Below, piece after piece: positions 9,688 to 18,817 of a stretch of 53,843 nucleotides of DNA; the first letter of the stretch is position 1; each line of letters opens with the position of its first letter. Both the position numbers and the translations under genes were made by a program. The notes under the pieces are model-generated. The model saw only the letters and a program-made list of their open reading frames with translations, did no database searches and was not told the origin of the DNA. Source of the stretch: Deltaproteobacteria bacterium RBG_13_61_14 (lineage in GTDB: Bacteria > RBG-13-61-14); NCBI GenBank assembly GCA_001797815.1, contig MGQK01000130.1, positions 22,213 through 76,055 on the forward strand, read 5' to 3'.

Positions 9688-10362
9688 TCAGCTCTGGAGC
9701 TTCAAGTAAATGAATTTCGCAACCTCGAAGAGCAGGGTTTTCAGTCGCTCCATAAAAATCAACCGCCGGGCGTGCCAGCCTTGCATGGCGCGGTCGGTGA
9801 CCTCAAGCTCCCGGCCTCCGGTCACCACGCAATAAAGCGGGTAATCGGCGAGGTCGGCCTCGATAAATCCCGCCGGCTTGATCATCTTGGCATAGACCAG
9901 GGTGGGCTTTCTCTCGTCTTCCTCCAGGACGGCGATCTCAAAATCCGAGAAGATCCGGCGGATATCGTCCGGGAAAAAGCGCCAATAGTCGCCGGGATAT
10001 TCGTGGTAGGGCCAGACGGAAGGCACGATCAGGAACAGGGTGCCGCCGGTCTTGCACACGTTTTTCAGGTTGGTGACCGCTCCGCGCCAGTCGCGGATGT
10101 GCTCGAGCGCGGCGATGGAGACCACCAGGTCGAAGCTCTCCCGGCCGAACCGCTCCACCAGCTTTTCCGCAGGGCAGATCACGTCCACCCCCGGCCCGGC
10201 CTGAATATCCACGCCGATGTATTCGGCCGGCTCCAGGAGCGAGATGATCGGCCGGATGGTGCCGTTCACGTCGTAAGAGCCGACCTCGAGCACGCGCTTG
10301 CCCTGCACCTCGGCTCGGGCCAGGTGCTTGGCGCCCCAGAGCACGGCCTGGATGTTACACAT
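9688..10362 (-). CDS. class I SAM-dependent methyltransferase
   Basis: VLEVGSYDVNG (motif I-like), FDLVVSIAALEHI, GGTLFLIVP. Confidence 0.75.
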   Translation of the reverse strand: MCNIQAVLWGAKHLARAEVQGKRVLEVGSYDVNGTIRPIISLLEPAEYIGVDIQAGPGVDVICPAEKLVERFGRESFDLVVSIAALEHIRDWRGAVTNLKNVCKTGGTLFLIVPSVWPYHEYPGDYWRFFPDDIRRIFSDFEIAVLEEDERKPTLVYAKMIKPAGFIEADLADYPLYCVVTGGRELEVTDRAMQGWHARRLIFMERLKTLLFEVAKFIYLKLQS

Positions 10363-10498
10363 TTTTCACTCCACCCCAACCGAGTCTACCTCGCTGGCAG
10401 CGGGAAAAAATCATCAGGAGAAGAGTTTACGCAATGGAAGGGCCGCCTGTCAAACCCTTTCGCCGAAACCCGGACGGAAAAACTTGGAAGAAGAAAAA

Positions 10499-12481
10499 CT
10501 ACCGCGGCCGGCGTTTTATCAGCCGACCCGAGCCGAGCAGCCCGAGCAGTCCGACCACTGCCGCCCAGCCCGCCGGGTCGGACGCGGCCGCCACCGAGAG
10601 ACAGCCCGGGCCGGAGCCGGAGTCGGTCGAGTGCAGCTTCGGGCCGGAAGCATCGGCCGGCGGCGGATTGGCCGGCGGCTCCACCGGCGGTTCGACCGGA
10701 GGAGGTTCCTCGTCCGGGGTGGTCCAGGTGCCCAGCGCAAAAATGGGGAAGAACTGATTCATCGCGCAAGTGACGTTGTCGGCGACCGGGTCCACTTCCG
10801 AAGGCAGCGCCATCCAGGCGCCGGACTCCTCGTCGTAGCGGGCCAGGACCAGTCCGGTTTCCGCAACCGAGGTGCCGTCCACGATTCCGTCGTCGTCTTC
10901 ATCCGCATAGGCGATCTTGATTATTCCCGCCTGGCCGTCCAACAACTGCGTTTGGCCGTTTTCCAGTTCGAGTTTCAAGAAAACGCCGGTGGGAGCCAGG
11001 GGGGCTTCCGGCTGGATCAGGTCGGTATAAAGGGCCGGATCGCCCTCGGTCAAGACGCCGTAGGTGGATTCGCTCAAACCCGCCCCCGGAATGACCGCGG
11101 TCGCCTCGACCCCCGCGCTGGAGGTAAGGAGCAACACCAGCGCGGTGTCCTGATCGGCTGGAGTGGACTGAACTACCTGGTTTTCGCCCAAATAATTTTG
11201 ACTTTCCCAGATGTTCACCTCGACGCCGACCAACTCCACCAGCAGGACCGTATCATTATAGTCCCAATCAGCCAAGTCCGCGGGCAGATCCTCAAAGCCG
11301 ACCAGGTAGCGCAGGGGGTCGGTCCGCTGAACGCGGGCGAACTCGCTGTTGGAATAATGGTCATACTCGCCCAAACCCCAGTTGTTGGCATCCACGTGGA
11401 TATGGAAGATCAACTCTTCAGCGGAAAGGAAGGGGGTGGACACCACCTTGCCCACGTTTTTCAAACTGTGTTTAATCAGCAACTGGGAGATGGGCTGATC
11501 CAAATAGATGTCGTTGCTGAGATCGGCGCTGGCTTCGAGCAGGGTGACGCGGACGCGCCATTGCCCCTCGGGGATGATGAAATTATCGCAGGGGTTAGGA
11601 TCGGGGAAATCCAGCCATTGGGTGGTGGCGATGTCCCAGGAGCCCAGCGGGCTGCACATGTTGTAAAAATAGAGAGTTTGAGTGCAATCGTTGAAGATGC
11701 TGCTTTCCGTGCCGGACCAGCACTGGTTCACCGGAGGAGGAAGTTTGATCGGCGTCTGCCAAACGCCGTCCACTTTGATGGAACGATAGACGTTGCTTAA
11801 ATCCGAGAGGAACATGTATTTGCCGGTATAGGAAACATTGGGAGCGACCTGGGCGATGGAGTTATTGATGACGGGACCCATGTTTTCCGACTTCTGCCAA
11901 ACGCCGTCCACCTTGTGGGAAATATAGAGGTCGAAATTGCCGTAGCCGCCCGGCCGATTGCTCGTGTAGATCAGGGTCTGGCCGTCAACCGAAATCTGGG
12001 GCGCATAATCCCAATAAGTGGTGTTAATATTAGCCCCCAAAACCACCGGCTGCTGCCAGACCCCGTTGATGTTTTCCGAGACCCAGATGTCCGTGTCGTC
12101 CGCCTGGCGGGTGCCCGGGTTGAAGGGGCTTGGGCGGTTGGAATGGAAATACATGTAACGGCCGTCGAGAGTAAGGCTGGGGTGGCCGTCCCAGCTCAAA
12201 GGATCGTTCAACGGCTCGGGCAGGCGCTCGGGCGCGGTCCAGAGCCCGTCCACCAGATGCGAGACAAAGATTTCCATCCCGCATCGGCTACAGGTGCCTC
12301 CTGGAATGCGGTCCGAGGCGATATAAACGGTCTTGCCGTCCGCGGAGATCCAGGGCGTAACGTCGCGCTTGGCGGAATTAAGTTCGGTGATGTATTGCGG
12401 CGCCGACCATTCTTCCGCATAAAGCGTGGCAGGGAGCAAAAAAGCCAACGAAAAAATGACCTTCAGGTTTCTGGCTCTCAT
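10499..12481 (-). CDS. secreted multidomain protein: TolB-like PD40 repeats + DUF4114 + PEP-CTERM-like tail
   Basis: Signal peptide MRARNLKVIFSLAFLLPATLYA. PD40-type repeats (SADGKTVYIASDR, TLDGRYMYFHSNRP, SVDGQTLIYTSNRPGGYGNFDLYISH). GFEDLPADLADWDYNDTVLLV (DUF4114-like). Pro-rich linker, then SDPAGWAAVVGLLGLLGSGRLIKRRPR. Confidence 0.7.
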   Translation of the reverse strand: MRARNLKVIFSLAFLLPATLYAEEWSAPQYITELNSAKRDVTPWISADGKTVYIASDRIPGGTCSRCGMEIFVSHLVDGLWTAPERLPEPLNDPLSWDGHPSLTLDGRYMYFHSNRPSPFNPGTRQADDTDIWVSENINGVWQQPVVLGANINTTYWDYAPQISVDGQTLIYTSNRPGGYGNFDLYISHKVDGVWQKSENMGPVINNSIAQVAPNVSYTGKYMFLSDLSNVYRSIKVDGVWQTPIKLPPPVNQCWSGTESSIFNDCTQTLYFYNMCSPLGSWDIATTQWLDFPDPNPCDNFIIPEGQWRVRVTLLEASADLSNDIYLDQPISQLLIKHSLKNVGKVVSTPFLSAEELIFHIHVDANNWGLGEYDHYSNSEFARVQRTDPLRYLVGFEDLPADLADWDYNDTVLLVELVGVEVNIWESQNYLGENQVVQSTPADQDTALVLLLTSSAGVEATAVIPGAGLSESTYGVLTEGDPALYTDLIQPEAPLAPTGVFLKLELENGQTQLLDGQAGIIKIAYADEDDDGIVDGTSVAETGLVLARYDEESGAWMALPSEVDPVADNVTCAMNQFFPIFALGTWTTPDEEPPPVEPPVEPPANPPPADASGPKLHSTDSGSGPGCLSVAAASDPAGWAAVVGLLGLLGSGRLIKRRPR

Positions 12482-12591
12482 CTCTTCCCCCTCCTTTGGC
12501 TGAGAGAACTAAAGAGTTTACGCCTGATACTCAAAACAAGTAAAATTTACCTAATTCATCATTGTCAAAGATTTTTTACTATTGCCCACCC

Positions 12592-12669
12592 TCAGTTTTT
12601 AAGAACCCGCGCGTTGGCGCAGAGCACCACGTCGTTACAGCCGTCGCCGTTGCCGAAGAAAATGAACAA
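12592..12669 (-). pseudogene. possible relic of a HAD-superfamily phosphatase C-terminus
   Basis: An isolated GC-rich patch in AT-rich DNA reads LFIFFGNGDGCNDVVLCANARVLKN* directly after a TAG. GDGxND is the HAD motif IV pattern. Only 25 codons. Confidence 0.25.
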
Positions 12670-12693
12670 CTAATCTGTATCCCATTGAAAAAT

Positions 12694-12710
12694 ATGCAAA
12701 AATTATGCCT
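12694..12710 (-). promoter_or_regulatory. sigma54-type -24/-12 candidate
   Basis: The minus strand reads AGGCAT-AATTT-TTGCAT, which has the GG-N10-GC spacing of TGGCAC-N5-TTGCA. It lies ~200 nt upstream of the 10499..12481 gene. The AT-rich context makes a chance match possible. Confidence 0.3.
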
Positions 12711-12736
12711 TAAATCTTTTCTCTTTCTTTTTAATG

Positions 12737-12882
12737 CTTAGTGCAGGGTTTCATAAATGGTGTTCCATATTATTGTCTGGACCCAAATCATCGGCCGCCG
12801 GTAGGGGCGGTTCGCTAACCGCCCCTACCCGTCCCTGACGTAATCTCGATACGTCATCGAATTTATGAAACCCTGCACTAAG
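12737..12882. mobile_element. MITE-like hairpin element, CTTAGTGC family
   Basis: Perfect 22-nt terminal inverted repeats: CTTAGTGCAGGGTTTCATAAAT (12737-12758) and ATTTATGAAACCCTGCACTAAG (12861-12882). It encloses a GTAGGGGCGGTTCGCTAACCGCCCCTAC hairpin (12801-12828). No coding capacity. Confidence 0.75.
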
Positions 12883-13070
12883 GCTATTTCATAAATATCA
12901 TGACGTATTCTTGATCTTCATATCAGTCCTGGGACACCGAAAGGCTACCCCCCTCTCCTTATCCTCTCCCCCGCTGGGGGGAGAGGGGAGGGTGAGGGGG
13001 AGCGTGATGGGGCAAGGCGGGAGCGAGCAGTGAAAGGACGTCATCGAAATTATGAACTGGAGCACTTAGG
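12850..13070. repeat. further CGTCATCGAA-TTATGAA core copies and a G/C hairpin
   Basis: TACGTCATCGAATTTATGAAA (12850-12870) is inverted at 12887-12907 (18/21). A third core, ACGTCATCGAAATTATGAACTGGAGCACTTAGG, lies at 13038-13070. A CCTCTCCCCC-GCTG-GGGGGAGAGG hairpin lies at 12963-12986. Confidence 0.8.
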
Positions 13071-13152
13071 CACAAAATTAACCTGCCGATTAGATAAAGA
13101 TTTATCAATTCTTGCCATCATTATGAAGTTATTGCGAGGTGGGATGGCGAAG

Positions 13153-13194
13153 GGGACAGGCACCAATAGATAGAGTCGGTGCCTGTCCCTTTTT
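13153..13194. terminator. 12-bp GC hairpin + T5 (REP-like; oriented as a plus-strand terminator)
   Basis: GGGACAGGCACC-N13-GGTGCCTGTCCC followed by TTTTT, 4 nt beyond the RND stop codon. On the minus-strand transcript the U-tract is missing (A5 precedes the stem), so its function for the RND operon is unclear. Confidence 0.4.
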
Positions 13195-13197
13195 CGA

Positions 13198-16100
13198 TTA
13201 GGCGCCGCCACCGCCGGGGGAAGGCTCAGGCGAGGGCTCGGGTTTTTTACGGCGGAACAGGTTCTTGAGGTCCAGGGCCAGGTCGTCCATTACCTCATAG
13301 ACCGCCGGGATGATAACCAGGGTGAGGAAGGTCGAAGAGAAGAGTCCTCCCACCACCACAATGCCCAGCGGTTGTTGCATCTCCATGCCCTCGGCGCGGC
13401 CCATGGCGATCGGCAGCACCCCGAAGAGGGTGGTAAGCGCGGTCATCAGGATCGGCCGCAGCCGGGTGCGGCCGGCTTCGATGATGGCCTGCCGGCGCTC
13501 CATGCCCTGGCGGTGGAACTCGAGCAGGAAGTCCACGAAGACGATGGAGTTGGTGGCCACGATGCCGATCAGCATGATTAGCCCGATAAAGGCGGTGACC
13601 CCGAACCCGGTGTCGGTGAGGTAAAGCCCGATCACCGCGCCGGTGAAGGAGAAGAGCGCGGCCGGCACCATGATGGTAAAGGGGTGGATCAGGGACTCAT
13701 ACAGGCTGGCCAGCACCATGTAAACCAGGAGCACCCCGAGGGCGAACATGATGGCCAGGTCCTGGAAGGCCTCCATCTGGTCCTTGCGCTCGCCGCCGAA
13801 ATCAATGAAATAGCCTTCCGGGATGACGACCCCGACCAGGGCGGTTTCAATATCCGCGATAATCGAGCCCAGGGGCCGGTCGGTCTTGTTGGCCTCCACT
13901 GAGACCACCCGCTTGGAGTTCTCCCGCTTGATTTGGGCCGGGCCTTGGCCGAGGCGCGGCCGGCTCACGTCGCGCAGGGGCACGGTGAAGCCGAGCGGAG
14001 AGGCCAGGGGCAGATCCGAGATTTTTTCGGACGAGTTCCGATCCTCTTCCTGGAGGCGCACCCGGATATCGTGCTCTTCCCCGAACTCCCGATACAGGCT
14101 GGCCACCTCGCCGTCCACCGCGGCGCGCAAGGCCATGGCCGCCTGGCCGGCAACCATGCCGTAATTGGAAAGCCGGGTGCGATCGAGCTCGTAGCGAAGC
14201 TCCGGCGTGCCTTCTTCCAGGGTGGTGGTCACGTCCTTCACTCCCTCGATGCCCTTAATCGCGCCCACGATCTGGTCGGAGATCTTGCCCAGCATCTGGA
14301 AGTCATCGCCGAAGATTTTGATCGCGATCGGCTTGGTGGCCTGGAACTGCATGCTCCCGGCCTCGCGGAAGCTGATCTTGGCGCCCGGGGTCTCGCGGAT
14401 CAACTCGTCCCAGGCGGCCCGCAGCTCGGGGTCGGTGGTCACCCGGCCTTCCACCTTTTTCGGGAACATGATCATCATAGTGGCTTGATGGGTGCCCTGC
14501 TCGCCGCCGAAAAAGGCTTCCCGCTTGGGGTCGCCCGACTTGCCCATGATAATAAAGAGCCGCTTCACGTCCTTGAATCGGGCCATCTTTTGCTCGACCC
14601 GGTCCACCAGTTTGATGGTTTCCGGAAGACTCGAGCCTACCGGCAGGTCCATTTTGGCCTCATATATGCCGCCGATGAAGCGGGGGATGAACTCGGTGGG
14701 AAGGGCTGCGGCCATCATGCCGGTCAGGACCAGGATCAGGGTGGCCAGGGTCAGCACCTTGCCCTTGTTGTCCAAAACCCAACCCAGCAGGCCGGCGTAG
14801 GCGTTCTGCACCCTCTCGAAAATATGGAGGCTGCGTTTGGAGCCTTTGCCGTGGGGCTTGAGGACCCGGGAGGCCAGCATGGGCACCACGGTGAAGGAGA
14901 TGAGCAGCGAGGCCATGAGCGCGAAGAAGATGGTGGCGGCAAAGGGGCCGAACAATTGGGAGGAAAGCCCCTCGGTAAAGGCGACCGGCAGGAAGATAAT
15001 CACCGCCACCAGGGTGGCCGCGGTCACCGCGACGCTCACTTCCTGGAACCCTTTTTCCGCGGCCGAGTGGGGATGTTCGCCCAGGTCAATGTGGCGGTAG
15101 ATGTTTTCCATCACCACGATCGAGTCGTCCACCAACTTGCCCACCGCGATCACCATCGCGCCCAGGGTCATGATGTTCAGGGTATAGCCGACAAAATACA
15201 TGCAGACCACGGCCAGGAGCAAAGAGAGCGGAATGGAGAGCGCGACAATTAAGGTCGGCCGGATCTGCCACAGGAAAACCAGGAGCACAATCACCGCGTA
15301 GATGGCGCCCTCGACCGCGGAGGAGCGCAACGCCGCAATTGAGTCCTCGACGATTTCGGAGAGATCGAAGCTGGTGTTGAGTTCCACCCCTTGGGGCAAA
15401 GCTTTCTGGATCTCCGGGACCTTGGCCTTGACCGCCCGGGCCACGGTGACTATGTTGGCATCGGTCTCTTTCATCACGGCCAGACCCACGCCGGAATGAG
15501 GCCCGGTCTGGTCAATGATCCGGACCGCGCCCAAAAACTCCTGGAAGCCGTCTTGGACCTCGCCGATGTCCCGGAGCCGGATGGGCGAGATCGCGCCCTG
15601 GCCGGCCAGGGGCTGGGGCATCCCGGAGAGCGCCTGCAACTGCTGCTGCTGGCGCTGGGCCGGGGTCATGCCGTTGCCCACCACCAGGTTCTCCAGGTCC
15701 TCGAGGCTGGCGAACTCGCCCTCGCCCTTGACCCGGAAGCGCATCCCGCTCTGCTCGAAATGGCCGGCGGTCAGGTCCAGGTTCTGGTAGCGGACGGCGG
15801 CGATCACGTCGTTGATGCCCAGGTTGTAGGCGATCAGCTTGTCTTTGTCCAGGTTGACCTGGATCTCGCGCTGGCGGCCGCCCATCACCGCCACCGAGGC
15901 CACGCCCGGCAGCCGCTCGAGCAGGGGAGCCACCTGGTCCTCGCCGATCTTGCCCAGCTCCGAGATATGCCGGCCCTCGCCCCGGATATTCAAGAACATC
16001 ACCGGCATTTCCTTCATGTTAATCCGCATAATGATCGGGTCTTCGGCGCCTTCGGGCATGTATTTCTTGACCATCCCGATTTTTTCCCGGAGGTCGGTGG

Positions 16101-16413
16101 AAGCGGTATCCAGGTTGGTGCCCCAGTTGAACTCGGCGTTGATCACGCAGGTCCCCTCGCCCGAGGTGGAATTGACGTTCTTGATGTTGGCCACGGTCTT
16201 GATCACGCCCTCCAGCGGCCGGGCCACCGTGCGCTCGATTTCCTCCGGGCCGGCCCCCTCGTAGCGGATGATTGTCATCAGGTTGGGAAAGGCGATATCG
16301 GGCATCAAGTCCAGGGGCGTCTTCCACAAGGCGATGCCGCCGACCAGCACCGCGATCAGCATTCCCATCACGACCGTGACCGGCCGCTTGACTGGAAAGT
16401 TGAACAGGTTCAT
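13198..16413 (-). CDS. RND efflux transporter permease (AcrB/HAE-type)
   Basis: 1071 aa with a 12-TM / two large loop architecture. N-terminus MNLFNFPVKRPVTVVMGMLIAVLVGGIAL. Also VGKLVDDSIVVMENI and GIVATNSIVFVDF. Confidence 0.95.
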   Translation of the reverse strand: MNLFNFPVKRPVTVVMGMLIAVLVGGIALWKTPLDLMPDIAFPNLMTIIRYEGAGPEEIERTVARPLEGVIKTVANIKNVNSTSGEGTCVINAEFNWGTNLDTASTDLREKIGMVKKYMPEGAEDPIIMRINMKEMPVMFLNIRGEGRHISELGKIGEDQVAPLLERLPGVASVAVMGGRQREIQVNLDKDKLIAYNLGINDVIAAVRYQNLDLTAGHFEQSGMRFRVKGEGEFASLEDLENLVVGNGMTPAQRQQQQLQALSGMPQPLAGQGAISPIRLRDIGEVQDGFQEFLGAVRIIDQTGPHSGVGLAVMKETDANIVTVARAVKAKVPEIQKALPQGVELNTSFDLSEIVEDSIAALRSSAVEGAIYAVIVLLVFLWQIRPTLIVALSIPLSLLLAVVCMYFVGYTLNIMTLGAMVIAVGKLVDDSIVVMENIYRHIDLGEHPHSAAEKGFQEVSVAVTAATLVAVIIFLPVAFTEGLSSQLFGPFAATIFFALMASLLISFTVVPMLASRVLKPHGKGSKRSLHIFERVQNAYAGLLGWVLDNKGKVLTLATLILVLTGMMAAALPTEFIPRFIGGIYEAKMDLPVGSSLPETIKLVDRVEQKMARFKDVKRLFIIMGKSGDPKREAFFGGEQGTHQATMMIMFPKKVEGRVTTDPELRAAWDELIRETPGAKISFREAGSMQFQATKPIAIKIFGDDFQMLGKISDQIVGAIKGIEGVKDVTTTLEEGTPELRYELDRTRLSNYGMVAGQAAMALRAAVDGEVASLYREFGEEHDIRVRLQEEDRNSSEKISDLPLASPLGFTVPLRDVSRPRLGQGPAQIKRENSKRVVSVEANKTDRPLGSIIADIETALVGVVIPEGYFIDFGGERKDQMEAFQDLAIMFALGVLLVYMVLASLYESLIHPFTIMVPAALFSFTGAVIGLYLTDTGFGVTAFIGLIMLIGIVATNSIVFVDFLLEFHRQGMERRQAIIEAGRTRLRPILMTALTTLFGVLPIAMGRAEGMEMQQPLGIVVVGGLFSSTFLTLVIIPAVYEVMDDLALDLKNLFRRKKPEPSPEPSPGGGGA

Positions 16414-16416
16414 TCC

Positions 16417-17343
16417 TTACTCCCCTTCCACGAGCTCCGCACGGCGGGCGATTCGGGCCTTGGCGCCATCCTGGAGAAAGGCCTGGTCCTCCGCCACCAC
16501 CAGGTCGCCCAGCTTGACCCCGTCCAGAATCTCATAACTTTTCAGGTCATAATAGCCGAGCTTCACCGGCTGCATGTGCACCCGGTCCGAGCCCAGGACA
16601 AACACCACGTTTTCGCCCCGGCGCTGCACCACCACCTCCTTGGGCAGCACCGGCACTCCCTGGTGCCGGTCCGCCACCAGTTCGATGGTGGTGAACATGC
16701 CCGGCCGGAGCTTGCGCTCGGGATTGGGGATCATGATTTCCACCGTGGCGGTGTGGGAGAAGGAATCCAGGGTGGGCGAAATCCGATAGACCGAGCCTTC
16801 AAACACCCGGTCGGGAAACGCCTCGGTGAGCACCCGCGCCGGCAGGCCCGGTTTGAGTTTGCCATAATCTTCTTCGATCACGCTGGTCTTCACCCGCACC
16901 CGGTCAATCTTCATCACCACCGCCAGCGGAAACTGAGGCGCGACCATGGCCCCGGGGTCAAAGGCCAGCTTGGCCACAATGCCCCGGACCGGACTCTCCA
17001 CCGGGTATTCGGCAAAGGTGACCCCGATCTCGTCCCGGTTCACGTAGGCGATCACCTGGTCCTTGCCCACCTCATCCCCCTCCCGCACCACATTGCGGGT
17101 AAGCTTGCCCGGAATCTTGGAGATCACGTTCACCCTCTCGTCCGGCTCGATCCATCCGGTCAGATCAATGATGTCTTCGATGCTGCCGTTTTTCACTTCC
17201 ATCACCACCACCGGAATGACGGACTCCGCCACCGTGGTCTCCTGCTTGGCCCTGAACTTCAGAGCCATCTGGATCCCCACCGCCGCGATCCCGGCCAGGA
17301 TGATGAACAGGACCACCAAAAAAACAATGCTGCTTCGTTTCAT
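16417..17343 (-). CDS. RND efflux periplasmic adaptor (membrane fusion protein)
   Basis: 308 aa, N-terminal TM, barrel-sandwich/beta-barrel pattern (GMFTTIELV, VPVLPKEVVV). 4-nt overlap with the upstream OMF gene. Confidence 0.9.
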   Translation of the reverse strand: MKRSSIVFLVVLFIILAGIAAVGIQMALKFRAKQETTVAESVIPVVVMEVKNGSIEDIIDLTGWIEPDERVNVISKIPGKLTRNVVREGDEVGKDQVIAYVNRDEIGVTFAEYPVESPVRGIVAKLAFDPGAMVAPQFPLAVVMKIDRVRVKTSVIEEDYGKLKPGLPARVLTEAFPDRVFEGSVYRISPTLDSFSHTATVEIMIPNPERKLRPGMFTTIELVADRHQGVPVLPKEVVVQRRGENVVFVLGSDRVHMQPVKLGYYDLKSYEILDGVKLGDLVVAEDQAFLQDGAKARIARRAELVEGE

Positions 17344-18797
17344 GGAGCAACCTCCTCCATCCGCCCAATCGCCTTTTCCAGGCTGGCCTGGGCCAAGAGA
17401 TAATCGTGGACCGCCAACAGGTAGTCGGCCTGCGCCCGAGTCAGCAACACCTCGGCGTCCAACACGTCCAAATGGTTCACCAGACCCACCGAGTAGCGGT
17501 CTTCCGAGACCTTGTAGTTCTTTTCCGCGGCCTGGACGCTTTTTTCGGTGGCCGCAATCCGCTCTTCCGCGGCCCCCAGGGTCAGCGCCGCGGCGGTCAC
17601 CTCCGCCTCGATCCCGGCCTTGAGCGCCGCCTGATTCATTTCGATCTGGTCCTTCAAGCCCTGCGCATTCTTCATCTCGCCCCGCGCGGCCAGACCGTCG
17701 AAAAGCGGCATGGAAAAGCTCAAGCCGGCCTGCCAGCCGTCGCGCCAGATCGTGTCATTCGGCGGCAATTCCTGGCCCCGGTTCCACTGGTAGTTGGCAA
17801 ACGCCCCCACCGTGGGTAAGTAACCTGCCCGCGCAATCTTCTTCAGCCGGTCCGCCTGTTCGTAGCGCAGTTCCAGGCCCTTCAGCTCGGGCCGAGCTAA
17901 AGCCGCGGCATGTTTCAACGCCGGAATCTCCTCCACCGGGGCCGGGGCATAAGCCAGCTCCCCCTCGATATCTGCCGGCGTCTCCAGGTCGAGGTTGAGC
18001 ACGGCGAGCAAGCGCACCTTCGAAAGCTCCAGGCCGTTGTGCACCTGGATCTGCTGAGGCCGGATCGAACTCAGTTGCGCCTCCACCTGCAAGAGGTCCA
18101 GGTTGGACACCATCCCCTGCCGATATAAGTCCTGCACCCGCTTGTAGTGCGCCTCCATGGTGGCAAACGACTTGTCCACCACTTCCACCATCGCCCGGGC
18201 CAGGAGCACCCCGTAAAACGCCTGCTTCACCTGAAAGACCGTGTCCAGCTCCATCCGCCGAAGGTCCTCCTCCTGGGCCCGCGTCTCCAGCCGGGCCGCC
18301 TGATACCCGTTCACCACCCGGCCCCCGGTGAACAACGGCATCTGCGCCTCGAGCTTGGCGTTGTAAATGTTGCCTTCCCGGGTGTTGCTCATCTCAAATC
18401 CAGCTGTAGGATATTTGTGGATGTGATCCGGCGGGACCGGGTCGCCCTGGCTGTTGGCCACCGGGAAGGAAGTATCCAACATGGTTGGGGTCCCGATCTT
18501 GAATTCGGTCAAGGTATTGGACCGCACCAGGGCCCCGCTCGCCGTCAGCTTGGGAAAAAAATTGGCCCGCGCACTGATCTGTTTGCCCTGGCTGGCCCGT
18601 ACTCTTGCCTCCGCCGCCCGCAACTGCGGGTTGTTGGCCAGGCCCAAACGCAGGCTCTCCTCCAAACTCAACCGCAGCACCTCCGTGGCGCGGGTGCCCA
18701 CACCCGCATCCATTCCCTCGGATGGCGCCTGTCCCAAAAAGACCGGCGCCGCCACAATCAGCCCGATCGAGAACCACCGACTTCGCACCCTTCTCAA
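17340..18797 (-). CDS. TolC-family outer membrane efflux protein
   Basis: 485 aa, signal peptide, two OEP repeats (LSLEESLRLGLANNPQLRAAEARV; LNLDLETP...LKHAAALARPELKGLELRYEQA). Confidence 0.9.
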   Translation of the reverse strand: MRRVRSRWFSIGLIVAAPVFLGQAPSEGMDAGVGTRATEVLRLSLEESLRLGLANNPQLRAAEARVRASQGKQISARANFFPKLTASGALVRSNTLTEFKIGTPTMLDTSFPVANSQGDPVPPDHIHKYPTAGFEMSNTREGNIYNAKLEAQMPLFTGGRVVNGYQAARLETRAQEEDLRRMELDTVFQVKQAFYGVLLARAMVEVVDKSFATMEAHYKRVQDLYRQGMVSNLDLLQVEAQLSSIRPQQIQVHNGLELSKVRLLAVLNLDLETPADIEGELAYAPAPVEEIPALKHAAALARPELKGLELRYEQADRLKKIARAGYLPTVGAFANYQWNRGQELPPNDTIWRDGWQAGLSFSMPLFDGLAARGEMKNAQGLKDQIEMNQAALKAGIEAEVTAAALTLGAAEERIAATEKSVQAAEKNYKVSEDRYSVGLVNHLDVLDAEVLLTRAQADYLLAVHDYLLAQASLEKAIGRMEEVAP

Positions 18798-18817
18798 CTT
18801 GGTTCCTCCTTCATTTC

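Noticed and set aside
13153-13194. Hairpin read as the intrinsic terminator of the minus-strand RND operon.
   Set aside because: The T-tract lies on the plus strand, so the minus-strand RNA would have A5 before the stem and no U-tract after it. It is kept as a hairpin feature, but its terminator function for the operon is not supported.
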